Source of the DNA: Raphidiopsis brookii D9
GTDB lineage: Bacteria > Cyanobacteriota > Cyanobacteriia > Cyanobacteriales > Nostocaceae
NCBI GenBank assembly: GCA_000175855.1
Contig: ACYB01000042.1
Coordinates: 30,001 to 62,000 of the forward strand
Direction of reading: 5' to 3'
Length of the DNA stretch: 32,000 nt
Part shown: positions 20,131-29,448 of the stretch, piece by piece
Layout: each line of letters opens with the position of its first letter
Numbering within the stretch: position 1 is the stretch's first letter
Notes under the pieces: model-generated
The model's input: only the letters and a program-made list of their open reading frames with translations
What the model was told of the DNA's origin: nothing
Databases searched by the model: none
Translations under genes and position numbers: made by a program

Positions 20131-20153
20131 TGTTCTGGTAATAAGTATTTCTT

Positions 20154-21350
20154 ATGAATCAGCCACGTAAATACCGCCTAGGTATCCTAGTTACCCACCC
20201 TATTCAATATTATGTTCCTTGGTATCAAGCTCTCGCCGCTCACCCAGAAATTGCACTGACGGTTTATTACTGCTACCAGCAAACCGCCCAGGGACAAGCA
20301 GCAGCAGGGTTTGGGGTAGCTTTTGATTGGGATATTCCCTTATTGCAGGGTTACAATTACCAGTTTCTGGTCAATCAATCATCTACCCCCAATGTGTTTG
20401 ATTTCTGGGGATGTGATACACCGGAAATTAGCCAAATTATTAAGATAGGTAAATTTGATGCCTTTATAGTCCATGGGTGGTATACCAAAAGTTATTGGCA
20501 AGCTATCTTAGCTTGTTGGCAAAGTCAAACCCCTTTATTTGTCCGGGGTGATTCCCATCTGCTCACTGAGCGTTCTTCGATCAAAGTCTGGTTGAAATAT
20601 CTATTTTACCGGTGGTTTATTCCCAAGTTTACCCGCTATTTAGCGGTGGGACGACGGGCTGAAGAATATTATCTATATTATGGCGCTGAGGCGACTAAAA
20701 TAGTTTTTTGTCCCCATGCGGTGGATAATGAGTTCTTTGCTAGTCACGCTCTGGCTCTGTCTGGGGAACGGAGTAAGATTCGTCAAGATTGGGGTATACC
20801 AGAAAATGCCTTAGTATTCCTATTTGTAGGTAAGTTTATCCCTAAAAAACGCCCTGGTGATTTTCTAGGGGCGATCGCTCAAGCTAGCCAAAAATCTGCC
20901 CATATTTGGGGGTTGATGGTGGGGGATGGGGAGTTACGCCCAGAAATGCTAAATACAGCCCAATCCCAGCAACTAAACATGACATTCGCCGGATTCCTCA
21001 ATCAAACTGAGTTACCCCGTGCCTATACTGCTGCTGATGTGTTAGTCTTGCCTTCAGATGGGGGAGAAACCTGGGGCTTAGTTGTCAATGAAGCTATGGC
21101 CAGTGGCTTACCCGCTATTGTCAGCGATCGCGTGGGTTGTAGTCCAGATTTAGTCATCCCTGGAAAAACTGGGGAAATTTTCTCCTGTGGGGATGTAGCA
21201 GCTTTAGCACAGATTTTACAACGCTTTGCCGATCATCCCGGTGATGTAGCAACCATGGGTAATGCAGCTAAGAGCTTAATTGCTGATTATTCTATTTCCC
21301 AAGCAGTAGGGGGTACGATGACCGCAGTCAAGAGTTTACTTAGCAGTTAG
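20154..21350 (+). CDS. Glycosyltransferase family 4
   Basis: 398 aa; LGILVTHPIQYYVPWYQALAAHPEIALTVYYC, FVGKFIPKKRPGDFL, VLPSDGGETWGLVVNEAMASGLPAIVSDRVG. Confidence 0.92.
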   Translation: MNQPRKYRLGILVTHPIQYYVPWYQALAAHPEIALTVYYCYQQTAQGQAAAGFGVAFDWDIPLLQGYNYQFLVNQSSTPNVFDFWGCDTPEISQIIKIGKFDAFIVHGWYTKSYWQAILACWQSQTPLFVRGDSHLLTERSSIKVWLKYLFYRWFIPKFTRYLAVGRRAEEYYLYYGAEATKIVFCPHAVDNEFFASHALALSGERSKIRQDWGIPENALVFLFVGKFIPKKRPGDFLGAIAQASQKSAHIWGLMVGDGELRPEMLNTAQSQQLNMTFAGFLNQTELPRAYTAADVLVLPSDGGETWGLVVNEAMASGLPAIVSDRVGCSPDLVIPGKTGEIFSCGDVAALAQILQRFADHPGDVATMGNAAKSLIADYSISQAVGGTMTAVKSLLSS

Positions 21351-21377
21351 TCAAAATCTAAAACTACCAGATAAACC

Positions 21378-21566
21378 ATGCAAAATCCCCATGTGTCCGT
21401 TGTGGAAAAACTGCAATGGTGTGATCAACACCGGGAAGAATTAGCAGCTATGGTGCACAGAGTATACCAAGATTTTCAACCCCGAGATTGGGCTGAAGTC
21501 GCCAAAGATTTCACTAAAATTGTTAGAGACTGTTTAAATCAAAATTCAGATCATCAGGAAAAGTAA
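21378..21566 (+). CDS. Small hypothetical protein
   Basis: 62 aa ORF between GT4 and polymerase genes, tightly spaced (27 nt and 4 nt); no known family. Confidence 0.45.
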   Translation: MQNPHVSVVEKLQWCDQHREELAAMVHRVYQDFQPRDWAEVAKDFTKIVRDCLNQNSDHQEK

Positions 21567-21570
21567 TAGC

Positions 21571-22941
21571 ATGGAAGACCGCTCTGAGTTAATTATCTGG
21601 CTGGTAATTTGGGTAGTTGTATTCGCCTTCACATTGCTTAGTCAATGGAACCAGAAACTTCCGAGTTCAGGGTTGCCACTTGCCTATATACTGTCTTTGT
21701 CCATGATTCATTTTTTCGGAGGACTCATTTACGCTTTCCCATGGTACACGCCTAAAAGTGCCTACCTACTGCAGGGAGGAGGCACTTACACTCAAGTCCT
21801 TGAAGGCTTTATTCAAAGCCTATATGGTATCCTCGGCTTTAGTGTGGGTAGTACCATCTTAACTTATTGGCTACTGCACCTTTGGCAACCCCATTGGCTT
21901 TGGGGAAATCCCCAGGAACCAGATTTGCAATTACCACGAGGGCTATTTGCAGTATCCTTATTATTCTTCCTCATTGTTACCCCTGCTATTGGGAGAATTC
22001 CTGGGTTTCAAGGCTTCTCTACATCAGGGGTATATTTATTCGTTGTTTCCCTATGTTTATCCTGTTGGAGTAACCTACAGCAAAAAAATGTCAGGGGTTT
22101 TTTTGGATGGCTAGCAGTTAGTTTTTCTTTGCCTGTAGTGACCATTTTCACTCAGGGGTTTATTGGTTATGGTGCATCTGCTACCTTAGCAGTTCTGATT
22201 TTTATTTCCAGTTTTTATCGTCCCCGTTGGCAAGTTTTAGTAGCTGGGATTTTAGCGTTTGTCTTCGGTCTATCTGTCTATGTAACTTATATGAGAGATC
22301 GGTCAGAAATTCGCACTAGTGTATGGGGGGGAGAGTCTTCACAGTCAAGATTGGAAAAAATTACAAAAACTTTCAGTAATTTTGAAATTATCAGCCCTTT
22401 TAATCAGTCACACTTAGAAGCAATTGATATTAGACTCAATCAAAATGTGTTAGTAGGTAAAGGTGTGGAATATATTAGGAGTGGCCAGCAAAATTTTGCC
22501 CTAGGTGCAACCATTTTACAAGGTCTACTTGCACCCATTCCTAGGATATTATGGAGGGATAAATTCACATTTGGTGGTAGCGGTAATATAGTTTCTTTGT
22601 ATACTGGTCAGAAGTTCGGTTACGGTACAAGTGTAGGAGTGGGACAGGTTTTAGAGTTCTATATAAATTTCGGCTCCATAGGGGTTTTTATTGGCTTTTT
22701 GATCTTGGGAGTCATCATCAGAATTGTTGATATCCTAGCCAGTCATAATTTATTCTCTGGAAATTGGCTAGGATTTGTTTTCTGGTTCCTACCTGGTTTA
22801 GTTGCTATTCAGCCTGGGGGCGCGTTAGCGGAGATTACGGCTAGCATGGCATCTAGTTTGGTGTTAATGATAATCATAAGAAGATTGCTCGGGAAAAAGT
22901 CCTCAGGTACGAGGGTGTTGAATAGTATGACTCAAGAATAG
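21571..22941 (+). CDS. Wzy-like polysaccharide repeat-unit polymerase candidate (multi-TM)
   Basis: 456 aa with about 10-12 hydrophobic segments and a long hydrophilic loop RDRSEIRTSVWGGESSQSRLEKI...; position among EPS glycosyltransferases. Functional class is inferred from topology and context. Confidence 0.65.
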   Translation: MEDRSELIIWLVIWVVVFAFTLLSQWNQKLPSSGLPLAYILSLSMIHFFGGLIYAFPWYTPKSAYLLQGGGTYTQVLEGFIQSLYGILGFSVGSTILTYWLLHLWQPHWLWGNPQEPDLQLPRGLFAVSLLFFLIVTPAIGRIPGFQGFSTSGVYLFVVSLCLSCWSNLQQKNVRGFFGWLAVSFSLPVVTIFTQGFIGYGASATLAVLIFISSFYRPRWQVLVAGILAFVFGLSVYVTYMRDRSEIRTSVWGGESSQSRLEKITKTFSNFEIISPFNQSHLEAIDIRLNQNVLVGKGVEYIRSGQQNFALGATILQGLLAPIPRILWRDKFTFGGSGNIVSLYTGQKFGYGTSVGVGQVLEFYINFGSIGVFIGFLILGVIIRIVDILASHNLFSGNWLGFVFWFLPGLVAIQPGGALAEITASMASSLVLMIIIRRLLGKKSSGTRVLNSMTQE

Positions 22942-23036
22942 TTGGCTGTTTAGCACTTATGATTTTAATTACAGCCATACCGAATTAACACAAGTTAGCC
23001 ATTATATTTTTTAACTGGAATTAACTCAGAAACTTA

Positions 23037-24179
23037 ATGTCAGAAACTTTTAGCAATCATCGCCGCTTCCATCTATGGATACCCAATTTATTTGAAATTA
23101 AAGGGGGTATCCGAACTTATTCCGGTTTTTTCCTAGAAGCCTTGCAAAATATTTACCCTGATGCCAACTATGAGATATTTATCAAACACGACACAAAACC
23201 GCAACCAGATTTTACCCCCCTAGCCAAAACCAAATTCCACTGCAGTGGCATGGTGCCATTTTCCCTAAGAACGCCAGCTTTTGCTGCCCAATTGCTGCTT
23301 GGGGCTATCCTCAACCTTCCTGATTTAATTATTGCCACCCACCTCAATTTTACCCCCGTTGCTTATCAACTCAAACGTCTTTTAGGTATTCCTTACTGGA
23401 CAGTTGCTCATGGCGTAGATGCTTGGAATATTGACAACCCTAAGTTACAACAAGCTTTACACCATTGCGATCGCATTTTACCTGTGAGTCACTATACAGC
23501 AAATAGAATAATAAAAGAACAAAATTTGAATCCTGAAAGAATCTCCATTCTCCATAATACATTTGACCGCAGTCAGTTTCAACCAGCAATTAAACCAGCC
23601 TATTTATTAACTCGCCATCACCTCACAGCAGAGCAACCGATAATTTTAACAGTGGGGAGATTATCAGCGTCGGAACAGTATAAGGGCTATGACCAAATTA
23701 TCCCAGCCATGGTCAAAATTCGCTCAGTAATTCCCAATGTTCATTACATGATTGTGGGTAAGGGAGATGATCAACCCAGGATTGAGCAGTTAATCACCCA
23801 GTTAAAATTACAAAATTGTGTTACTTTAGGGGTTTTGTTCCCGAAGGCGAGCTGTGCGACTATTATAATCTTTGTGATGTATTTGCCATGCCCAGTAAAG
23901 GAGAGGGGTTTTGGGATAGTTTACCTAGAGGCTTTGGCTTGCGGTAAACCCGTAGTGGGGGGTAATCAAGATGCTGCCATTGATGCTTTATGTCATGGTA
24001 AACTGGGGGCGTTGGTTGACCCCAATGATATAGATGACATTGCTAAAACTATAGTTTCAATTCTTAAACGTAGCTACGACCACGATTTAATGTATCAACC
24101 ATTAGCTTTGCGGCAAGCAACTATTGATGCTTTTGGTTTTGAACGGTTTCAGAAAACCCTAGCTGGGTATTTGCAGTAG
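23037..24179 (+). CDS. Glycosyltransferase family 4 with a pair of compensating one-base indels around the EX7E motif
   Basis: 380 aa; LWIPNLFEIKGGIRTYSGFFLEAL, ILTVGRLSASEQYKGYDQII. Bases ~23837-23908 are conserved in a different frame (VPEGELCDYYNLCDVFAMPSKGEG), then the original frame resumes at GFGIVYLEALACGKPVVGGNQDA. Confidence 0.82.
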   Translation: MSETFSNHRRFHLWIPNLFEIKGGIRTYSGFFLEALQNIYPDANYEIFIKHDTKPQPDFTPLAKTKFHCSGMVPFSLRTPAFAAQLLLGAILNLPDLIIATHLNFTPVAYQLKRLLGIPYWTVAHGVDAWNIDNPKLQQALHHCDRILPVSHYTANRIIKEQNLNPERISILHNTFDRSQFQPAIKPAYLLTRHHLTAEQPIILTVGRLSASEQYKGYDQIIPAMVKIRSVIPNVHYMIVGKGDDQPRIEQLITQLKLQNCVTLGVLFPKASCATIIIFVMYLPCPVKERGFGIVYLEALACGKPVVGGNQDAAIDALCHGKLGALVDPNDIDDIAKTIVSILKRSYDHDLMYQPLALRQATIDAFGFERFQKTLAGYLQ

Positions 24180-24217
24180 CTCGGTGAAAGTCGGTTTTCA
24201 ACCGACTGGTTTTAATT

Positions 24218-24373
24218 CATCATCCTTGGGGAATCAAATGTTTACAGCATCAAATAAAACGAGGGTTTAGTGAAGGCGAAAACTTTGATGTGAGATACTG
24301 GGGAGTCAAGGAATTATTAACCTGCTTTACCAATCAAATTGGTGATTCCAAAATATCAATAGAAAGTATTTAG
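24218..24373 (+). pseudogene. Remnant of a class I SAM-dependent methyltransferase
   Basis: Reads HHPWGIKCLQHQIKRGFSEGENFDVRYWGVKELLTCFTNQIGDSKISIESI*, a mid-protein segment of this family with no N- or C-terminal domain present. Confidence 0.6.
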
Positions 24374-24434
24374 TATATAGGGAATTTATCCTCTATATAA
24401 AATCTGTTAATTTAAACCAAAGCTAATTACTGAT

Positions 24435-26219
24435 ATGTGCGGAATTGCGGGTATTACCAAAATAAATACCAATAATGGTAATTTAGAAGCAAAAATCGAA
24501 AAGATGCAAACTGCACTAAACCATCGTGGTCCAGATGATGCAGGTATTTATATTTCAACTGACAAACAAGCGGCTTTAGCTCATACCCGACTGTCAATTA
24601 TTGACCTAACAGCTGCTGGACATCAACCCATGTCCACCCCAGATCACCGCTATCATATTACATTTAATGGGGAAATTTATAACTTTCAGCAATTACGGAA
24701 ACAGCTGATTTCCCAGGGGGAAACATTCCATTCCCAAACAGATACAGAAGTAATTCTTAAACTCTATCAAAAAATTGGTTTCGATTGTGTCCAGCATTTA
24801 CGAGGAATGTTTGCCTTTGCCATTTGGGATGACTTGGAAAAAACTTGTTTTTTAGCTCGTGACCCTTTAGGAATTAAACCACTTTATTATTGCCAATTAG
24901 GTACAACTTTAGTATTTGCTTCCGAACTCAGAGCAGTTTTAGCATCTGGTTTACCTCAAGTTAACATATCATTACCAGGATTATATGGTTATTTAACCAC
25001 TGGTTCTGTACCGGAACCACATACATTAATTGCTGATATCCATTGTTTAGGGGCGGGTAATTGGCTATATTGGCAAGGGGGGAACACCACTAAAAAACAG
25101 TATTGGCAACTGAACTTTACTCCCCAAGCAATTTCCCTAGGGGAAGCCCAAGAAATAGTACATACAGCTTTACTAGATTCCATCAACCATCATTTTATTA
25201 GTGATGTCCCTGTGGGGATTTTCCTGAGTGGGGGTATTGACTCTACTAGTGTTCTGACTTTAGCTACCCAAACCCAAACCTCACAAATATCTACCTATTC
25301 CATCACTTTTGCGGAATCGCCATACAATGAAGGGGAATTAGCCCAAAAAATTGCCCATCACTTTGGCGCTGATCATACAGAATACCAAGTTACAGCATCC
25401 TTTGCTAAAAATATCTTGCCAAAGTTTCTCAGAGCCATTGATCAGCCCAGTATTGATGGTTTTAACACCTTTTGTGTTTCTCAATTAGCTCGTGAACAGG
25501 GGATGAAGGTGGTATTATCTGGGTTAGGTGGAGATGAAATTTTTGGCGGATACCAATCATTTCAAAAAATCCCCCAGATGGTAGCATGGGGTAAAAAGTT
25601 ACACGCCTTACCTTTCACAAGCTTAGGTGTTGCTTTAGCAGGTTGGGGAAATTCACCCAAAATCAAACGCTTAGGAGACTTTTTGAGTCACACTCCCACC
25701 TTTGCTAGTGCTTATCGCAGTTTCCGAGGAATTTTTTCTCACACTGAATCTTGTAGAATTATTGAGCATCTCCTGGGAACAAAGTTTAATGATCAAGAGC
25801 AGTTAGATAATTTAGATAATTATTTTACCCCAGAGGATCAAGTGAGTTTTCTAGAAATCACTGGTTATATGCGTAATCAATTACTGAGAGACAGCGATGT
25901 AATGAGTATGAATTGGGGTTTAGAATTACGAGTACCCTTAGTAGATCAAGCTCTCATAGCAGCAGTAGCACCAATTCCGAGCCACATCCGACTCCAAGCG
26001 GGGAAAAAACTGTTAGTAGATGGGGTGGGTCAAATACCTGACTGGGTGGTAAATCTTCCCAAGAAAGGCTTTCATTTTCCTTTTGAAAGTTGGATGGATG
26101 ATGACTTTGGAGATTATTTTCAAAATCTCAATATACCGGATAACATCAACCTCAAACCTTGGTATCGGCGTTGGAGTTTAGCGATATTAAGGTATTGGTT
26201 AGAGGAGATAAAAAAATAG
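24435..26219 (+). CDS. asnB: Asparagine synthase (glutamine-hydrolysing)
   Basis: 594 aa; MCGIAGITK N-terminal nucleophile Cys2, LNHRGPDDAGIY, FNGEIYNF, VGIFLSGGIDSTSVLTLA PP-loop, LSGLGGDEIFGGYQSF. Confidence 0.95.
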   Translation: MCGIAGITKINTNNGNLEAKIEKMQTALNHRGPDDAGIYISTDKQAALAHTRLSIIDLTAAGHQPMSTPDHRYHITFNGEIYNFQQLRKQLISQGETFHSQTDTEVILKLYQKIGFDCVQHLRGMFAFAIWDDLEKTCFLARDPLGIKPLYYCQLGTTLVFASELRAVLASGLPQVNISLPGLYGYLTTGSVPEPHTLIADIHCLGAGNWLYWQGGNTTKKQYWQLNFTPQAISLGEAQEIVHTALLDSINHHFISDVPVGIFLSGGIDSTSVLTLATQTQTSQISTYSITFAESPYNEGELAQKIAHHFGADHTEYQVTASFAKNILPKFLRAIDQPSIDGFNTFCVSQLAREQGMKVVLSGLGGDEIFGGYQSFQKIPQMVAWGKKLHALPFTSLGVALAGWGNSPKIKRLGDFLSHTPTFASAYRSFRGIFSHTESCRIIEHLLGTKFNDQEQLDNLDNYFTPEDQVSFLEITGYMRNQLLRDSDVMSMNWGLELRVPLVDQALIAAVAPIPSHIRLQAGKKLLVDGVGQIPDWVVNLPKKGFHFPFESWMDDDFGDYFQNLNIPDNINLKPWYRRWSLAILRYWLEEIKK

Positions 26220-27395
26220 AAAGTCCTCCATGTAATACCCTCCGTTGCACCTGTGCGCGGTGGACCAAGTGAAGCAGTGTTGAAAATGGTTCAAGCATTA
26301 AATGCTATTGGTGTTGAGACGGAAATTGCCACTACTAACGATAATGGTAGTCAGTTACTCGATTTCCCTTTGGGGAAATGTATAGATTACCATCAGGTTC
26401 CTACCCGGTTTTTCTCTCGCTTTTCTCCCCCCATTCACTCACTGCGGGAGTTCGCATTTTCCCTAGGTTTGACTAATTGGTTATGGCACAATATTCAAAG
26501 CTATGATTTATTACATGTTCATGCCATTTTTTCCTATGCTTCCACCGCAGCTATGACTATAGCTCGCTTACAAAAGATTCCCTATATTATTCGCCCTATA
26601 GGTCAACTATGTACATGGTCTTTAGAGCAAAGTGCCCTGAGAAAGCAGCTATATCTGAAATTTTTTGAAAGAGCTAATATTAACTATAGCCACAAAATTC
26701 ACTTTACTACTCCCGCTGAACAACAAGAAGCTGCACATTTAAACTTAAGTTGTGCTAGTTTTGTTTTACCTCTTGGCATTTCTATTGCTCCAAAAATTGC
26801 TCATGCCCGTCAAAATCTACGGCGACACTTCAATTTACCAGCAGAGGAACCAATTATTTTATTTTTGTCCCGCTTACATCTTAAAAAAGGTTTAGATTAC
26901 CTCATCCCAGCTCTGGGTAAATTATCTAATCACCGCTTTACCTTTGTGTTAGCAGGTGACGGTACTCCAGAATATGAACGTTACTTAAAATCCCTGATTA
27001 CTAATCATGGCCTGGAAAAAAAATCACATTTTACTGGTTTTGTCAAGGGTGAGTTCAAGGATTTATTAATTCAGGGTGCTGATTTATTTACTCTCACCTC
27101 TCACTCAGAAAACTTTGGTGTGGCAGTTTTAGAAGCTCTAGCTGGGGGTGTTCCAGTGCTGGTTACTCCCGGGGTAGCTTTAGCGGATGTCATTACACAG
27201 CAACAACTGGGCTACGTTTCCGCTTTAGATGTAAATGCGATCGCCTCTACCATAGAACAGATTCTCAGTCATCCTGAGCAAATGAGAGAAATGGGCGATC
27301 GCGCTCGACAGTTTATAATCAATAATTACAGATGGGATACCATAGCAGGGAAAATGGTTTCTGTATATCAAAACATAACTTCAAGGTACTTATAA
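26220..27395 (+). CDS. Glycosyltransferase family 4 lacking a normal start codon
   Basis: Homology-like frame extends upstream of the called GTG (26253): (TAG) KVLHVIPSVAPVRGGPSEAVLKMV. C-terminal half has LFLSRLHLKKGLDYLIPAL and SENFGVAVLEALAGGVPVLVTPG. Confidence 0.85.
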   Translation, partial: KVLHVIPSVAPVRGGPSEAVLKMVQALNAIGVETEIATTNDNGSQLLDFPLGKCIDYHQVPTRFFSRFSPPIHSLREFAFSLGLTNWLWHNIQSYDLLHVHAIFSYASTAAMTIARLQKIPYIIRPIGQLCTWSLEQSALRKQLYLKFFERANINYSHKIHFTTPAEQQEAAHLNLSCASFVLPLGISIAPKIAHARQNLRRHFNLPAEEPIILFLSRLHLKKGLDYLIPALGKLSNHRFTFVLAGDGTPEYERYLKSLITNHGLEKKSHFTGFVKGEFKDLLIQGADLFTLTSHSENFGVAVLEALAGGVPVLVTPGVALADVITQQQLGYVSALDVNAIASTIEQILSHPEQMREMGDRARQFIINNYRWDTIAGKMVSVYQNITSRYL

Positions 27396-27396
27396 A

Positions 27397-27665
27397 ATGT
27401 CCAATAAAAACGAATATTTCTACACCAATACTGACAGCGGACACCTTATCATGGTTATTTGAAAAACCTAGCCCTGGCTATTTCTGGAAAAATGGATAAA
27501 CATTTCACTGCTCTGTGGGATGGTGGACATATTAAGTTTTTTTCTGTCGTAACAATGAAAAGCTTGCTGATTTCAGAGGGATATGAAGATATAAAGTTTA
27601 AATTTGCTGGAAGAATACCCTATTTGTGGAAATCAATGTTGTGTTCTGCCAAATTGATTAAATAA
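27397..27665 (+). pseudogene. SAM-dependent methyltransferase with large internal deletion
   Basis: N-terminal scrap MSNKNEYFYTNTDSGHL directly followed in another frame by the C-terminal HGYLKNLALAISGKMDKHFTALWDGGHIKFFSVVTMKSLLISEGYEDIKFKFAGRIPYLWKSM. Confidence 0.7.
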
Positions 27666-27695
27666 TGAATACCTTTCACTAATATCATACACATT

Positions 27696-29444
27696 ATGAA
27701 CATCTTAGGAATTAATGCCTATCATGGCGATGCTTCAGCATGTTTAATTAAAAATGGTCAATTAATAGCTGCAGTTGAAGAAGAAAGATTTAATCGAATT
27801 AAACACTGGGCAGGATTTCCAACCCAATCCATAAATTATTGTTTACAAATCGGCGGTATTCAGGGATCAGATCTAGATCATATAGCTCTATCATTCAATC
27901 CCAAAGCCAATCTCAACCGCAAACTATTATTCACCCTCAAACAAAGACCATCCCTAGGATCACTTTTAGACAGATTTAATAAACAAAGTAAATCAGCCAC
28001 CTTTCAACAAGAAATAGCCACCGCGTGCCATTGTCCCCCGGAAGAAATCAAAGCCACCATTCACACTCTAGAACACCATAGCACCCACTTAGCCAGTGGA
28101 TTCTTTACTTCTGGCTTTCAAACAGCGGCCATTCTTTCTGTTGACGGTATGGGGGACTTTGTCAGTACCCTATCAGCAGCAGGAGAAAATAATCAACTAC
28201 AATATTTTTCCCGCACCTATTTTCCCCACTCTCTTGGTTATTTATACAATGCCATAACTCTCTACCTGGGTTTTTCTGCTTATGGTGACGAATATAAAGT
28301 TATGGGACTAGCTCCTTACGGAGAACCAGAGTATTTAGATGCTTTTAGAAAAATTATCTATCCAACTGAAACCAGTTTTGAATTAAATCTAGACTATTTT
28401 ATCCATCATCAGCACGGTATTGCCATGAAATGGGATGATGGTGCCCCTAAGGTTGAACCTTTCCACAGTGAAGAACTGGAAAAATTACTAGGTCCTGCAA
28501 GAAGACCAAATTCCGAGGTTACATCCAAACATCAAAATATTGCAGCATCCTTACAAGCAGCTACGGAAGAAATAATTTTTCATCTACTCAATCAATTATA
28601 CAAAGTTTACCCTTCACCAAATCTTTGTTTAACCGGTGGTGTAGCCATGAACTCTGTAGCTAATGGTAAAGTAACTCAAAACACCCCCTTTGAGAACCTA
28701 TACATTCCCATAGGTGCAGCAGACAACGGTACTTGTATAGGAGCAGGATTTTTTGTTTGGCATCAGATTCTAAAACAACCTCGTCAATTTGTGATGAATC
28801 ATGCCTATTGGGGATCAGAGTTTTCCGATCAGGAATACTTATCAGCATTGGAATACTACAGTAAACACCACCCATTACAATTCAAAAAACTGGAAAGAGC
28901 GGACTTATTGAATCATGTAGTCGAGTCTATTTGTCAGAGTAAAGTAATAGGTTGGTTTCAGGGAAGAATGGAATTTGGAGCTAGAGCATTGGGCAATAGA
29001 TCTTTAATTGCCGATCCCCGTCGTGCTGACATGAGGGACATAATCAACTTAAAAATTAAATTTCGAGAGAAGTTCCGTCCCTTTGCGCCCAGTATTTTAG
29101 AAGAGCAGGTCAAGGAATATTTTGAGATTGGCGAATCAGCACCTTTCATGGAAAAAGTATTCAAAGTAGTTCCTGAGAAAAGAGCAAAAATTCCGGCAGT
29201 AACCCATGTGGATGGTACTGGGCGGTTACAAACGGTTAGTTATAGGACTAATCCTTTATATTGGGATTTAATTAACACTTTTTTCCAACGTACGGGGATT
29301 CCTATGATTTTGAACACATCCTTAAATGAGAATGAGCCAATAGTTAGAACACCAGAGCAAGCTATAGAGTGTTTTATTAGAACCAGTATGGATGCTTTAG
29401 TTTTAGGGTCTTACTGGGTTAGTAGATTGGATAGGATTTCCTAG
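27696..29444 (+). CDS. Carbamoyltransferase, NodU/CmcH family
   Basis: 582 aa; MNILGINAYHGDASACLIKNGQLIAAVEEERFNRIKHW, LCLTGGVAMNSVANGK, GRMEFGARALGNRSLIADPR, TSLNENEPIV. Confidence 0.95.
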   Translation: MNILGINAYHGDASACLIKNGQLIAAVEEERFNRIKHWAGFPTQSINYCLQIGGIQGSDLDHIALSFNPKANLNRKLLFTLKQRPSLGSLLDRFNKQSKSATFQQEIATACHCPPEEIKATIHTLEHHSTHLASGFFTSGFQTAAILSVDGMGDFVSTLSAAGENNQLQYFSRTYFPHSLGYLYNAITLYLGFSAYGDEYKVMGLAPYGEPEYLDAFRKIIYPTETSFELNLDYFIHHQHGIAMKWDDGAPKVEPFHSEELEKLLGPARRPNSEVTSKHQNIAASLQAATEEIIFHLLNQLYKVYPSPNLCLTGGVAMNSVANGKVTQNTPFENLYIPIGAADNGTCIGAGFFVWHQILKQPRQFVMNHAYWGSEFSDQEYLSALEYYSKHHPLQFKKLERADLLNHVVESICQSKVIGWFQGRMEFGARALGNRSLIADPRRADMRDIINLKIKFREKFRPFAPSILEEQVKEYFEIGESAPFMEKVFKVVPEKRAKIPAVTHVDGTGRLQTVSYRTNPLYWDLINTFFQRTGIPMILNTSLNENEPIVRTPEQAIECFIRTSMDALVLGSYWVSRLDRIS

Positions 29445-29448
29445 CACT

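Noticed and set aside
28660-29164. 71-aa and 68-aa - strand ORFs
   Set aside because: Antisense to the intact carbamoyltransferase gene.
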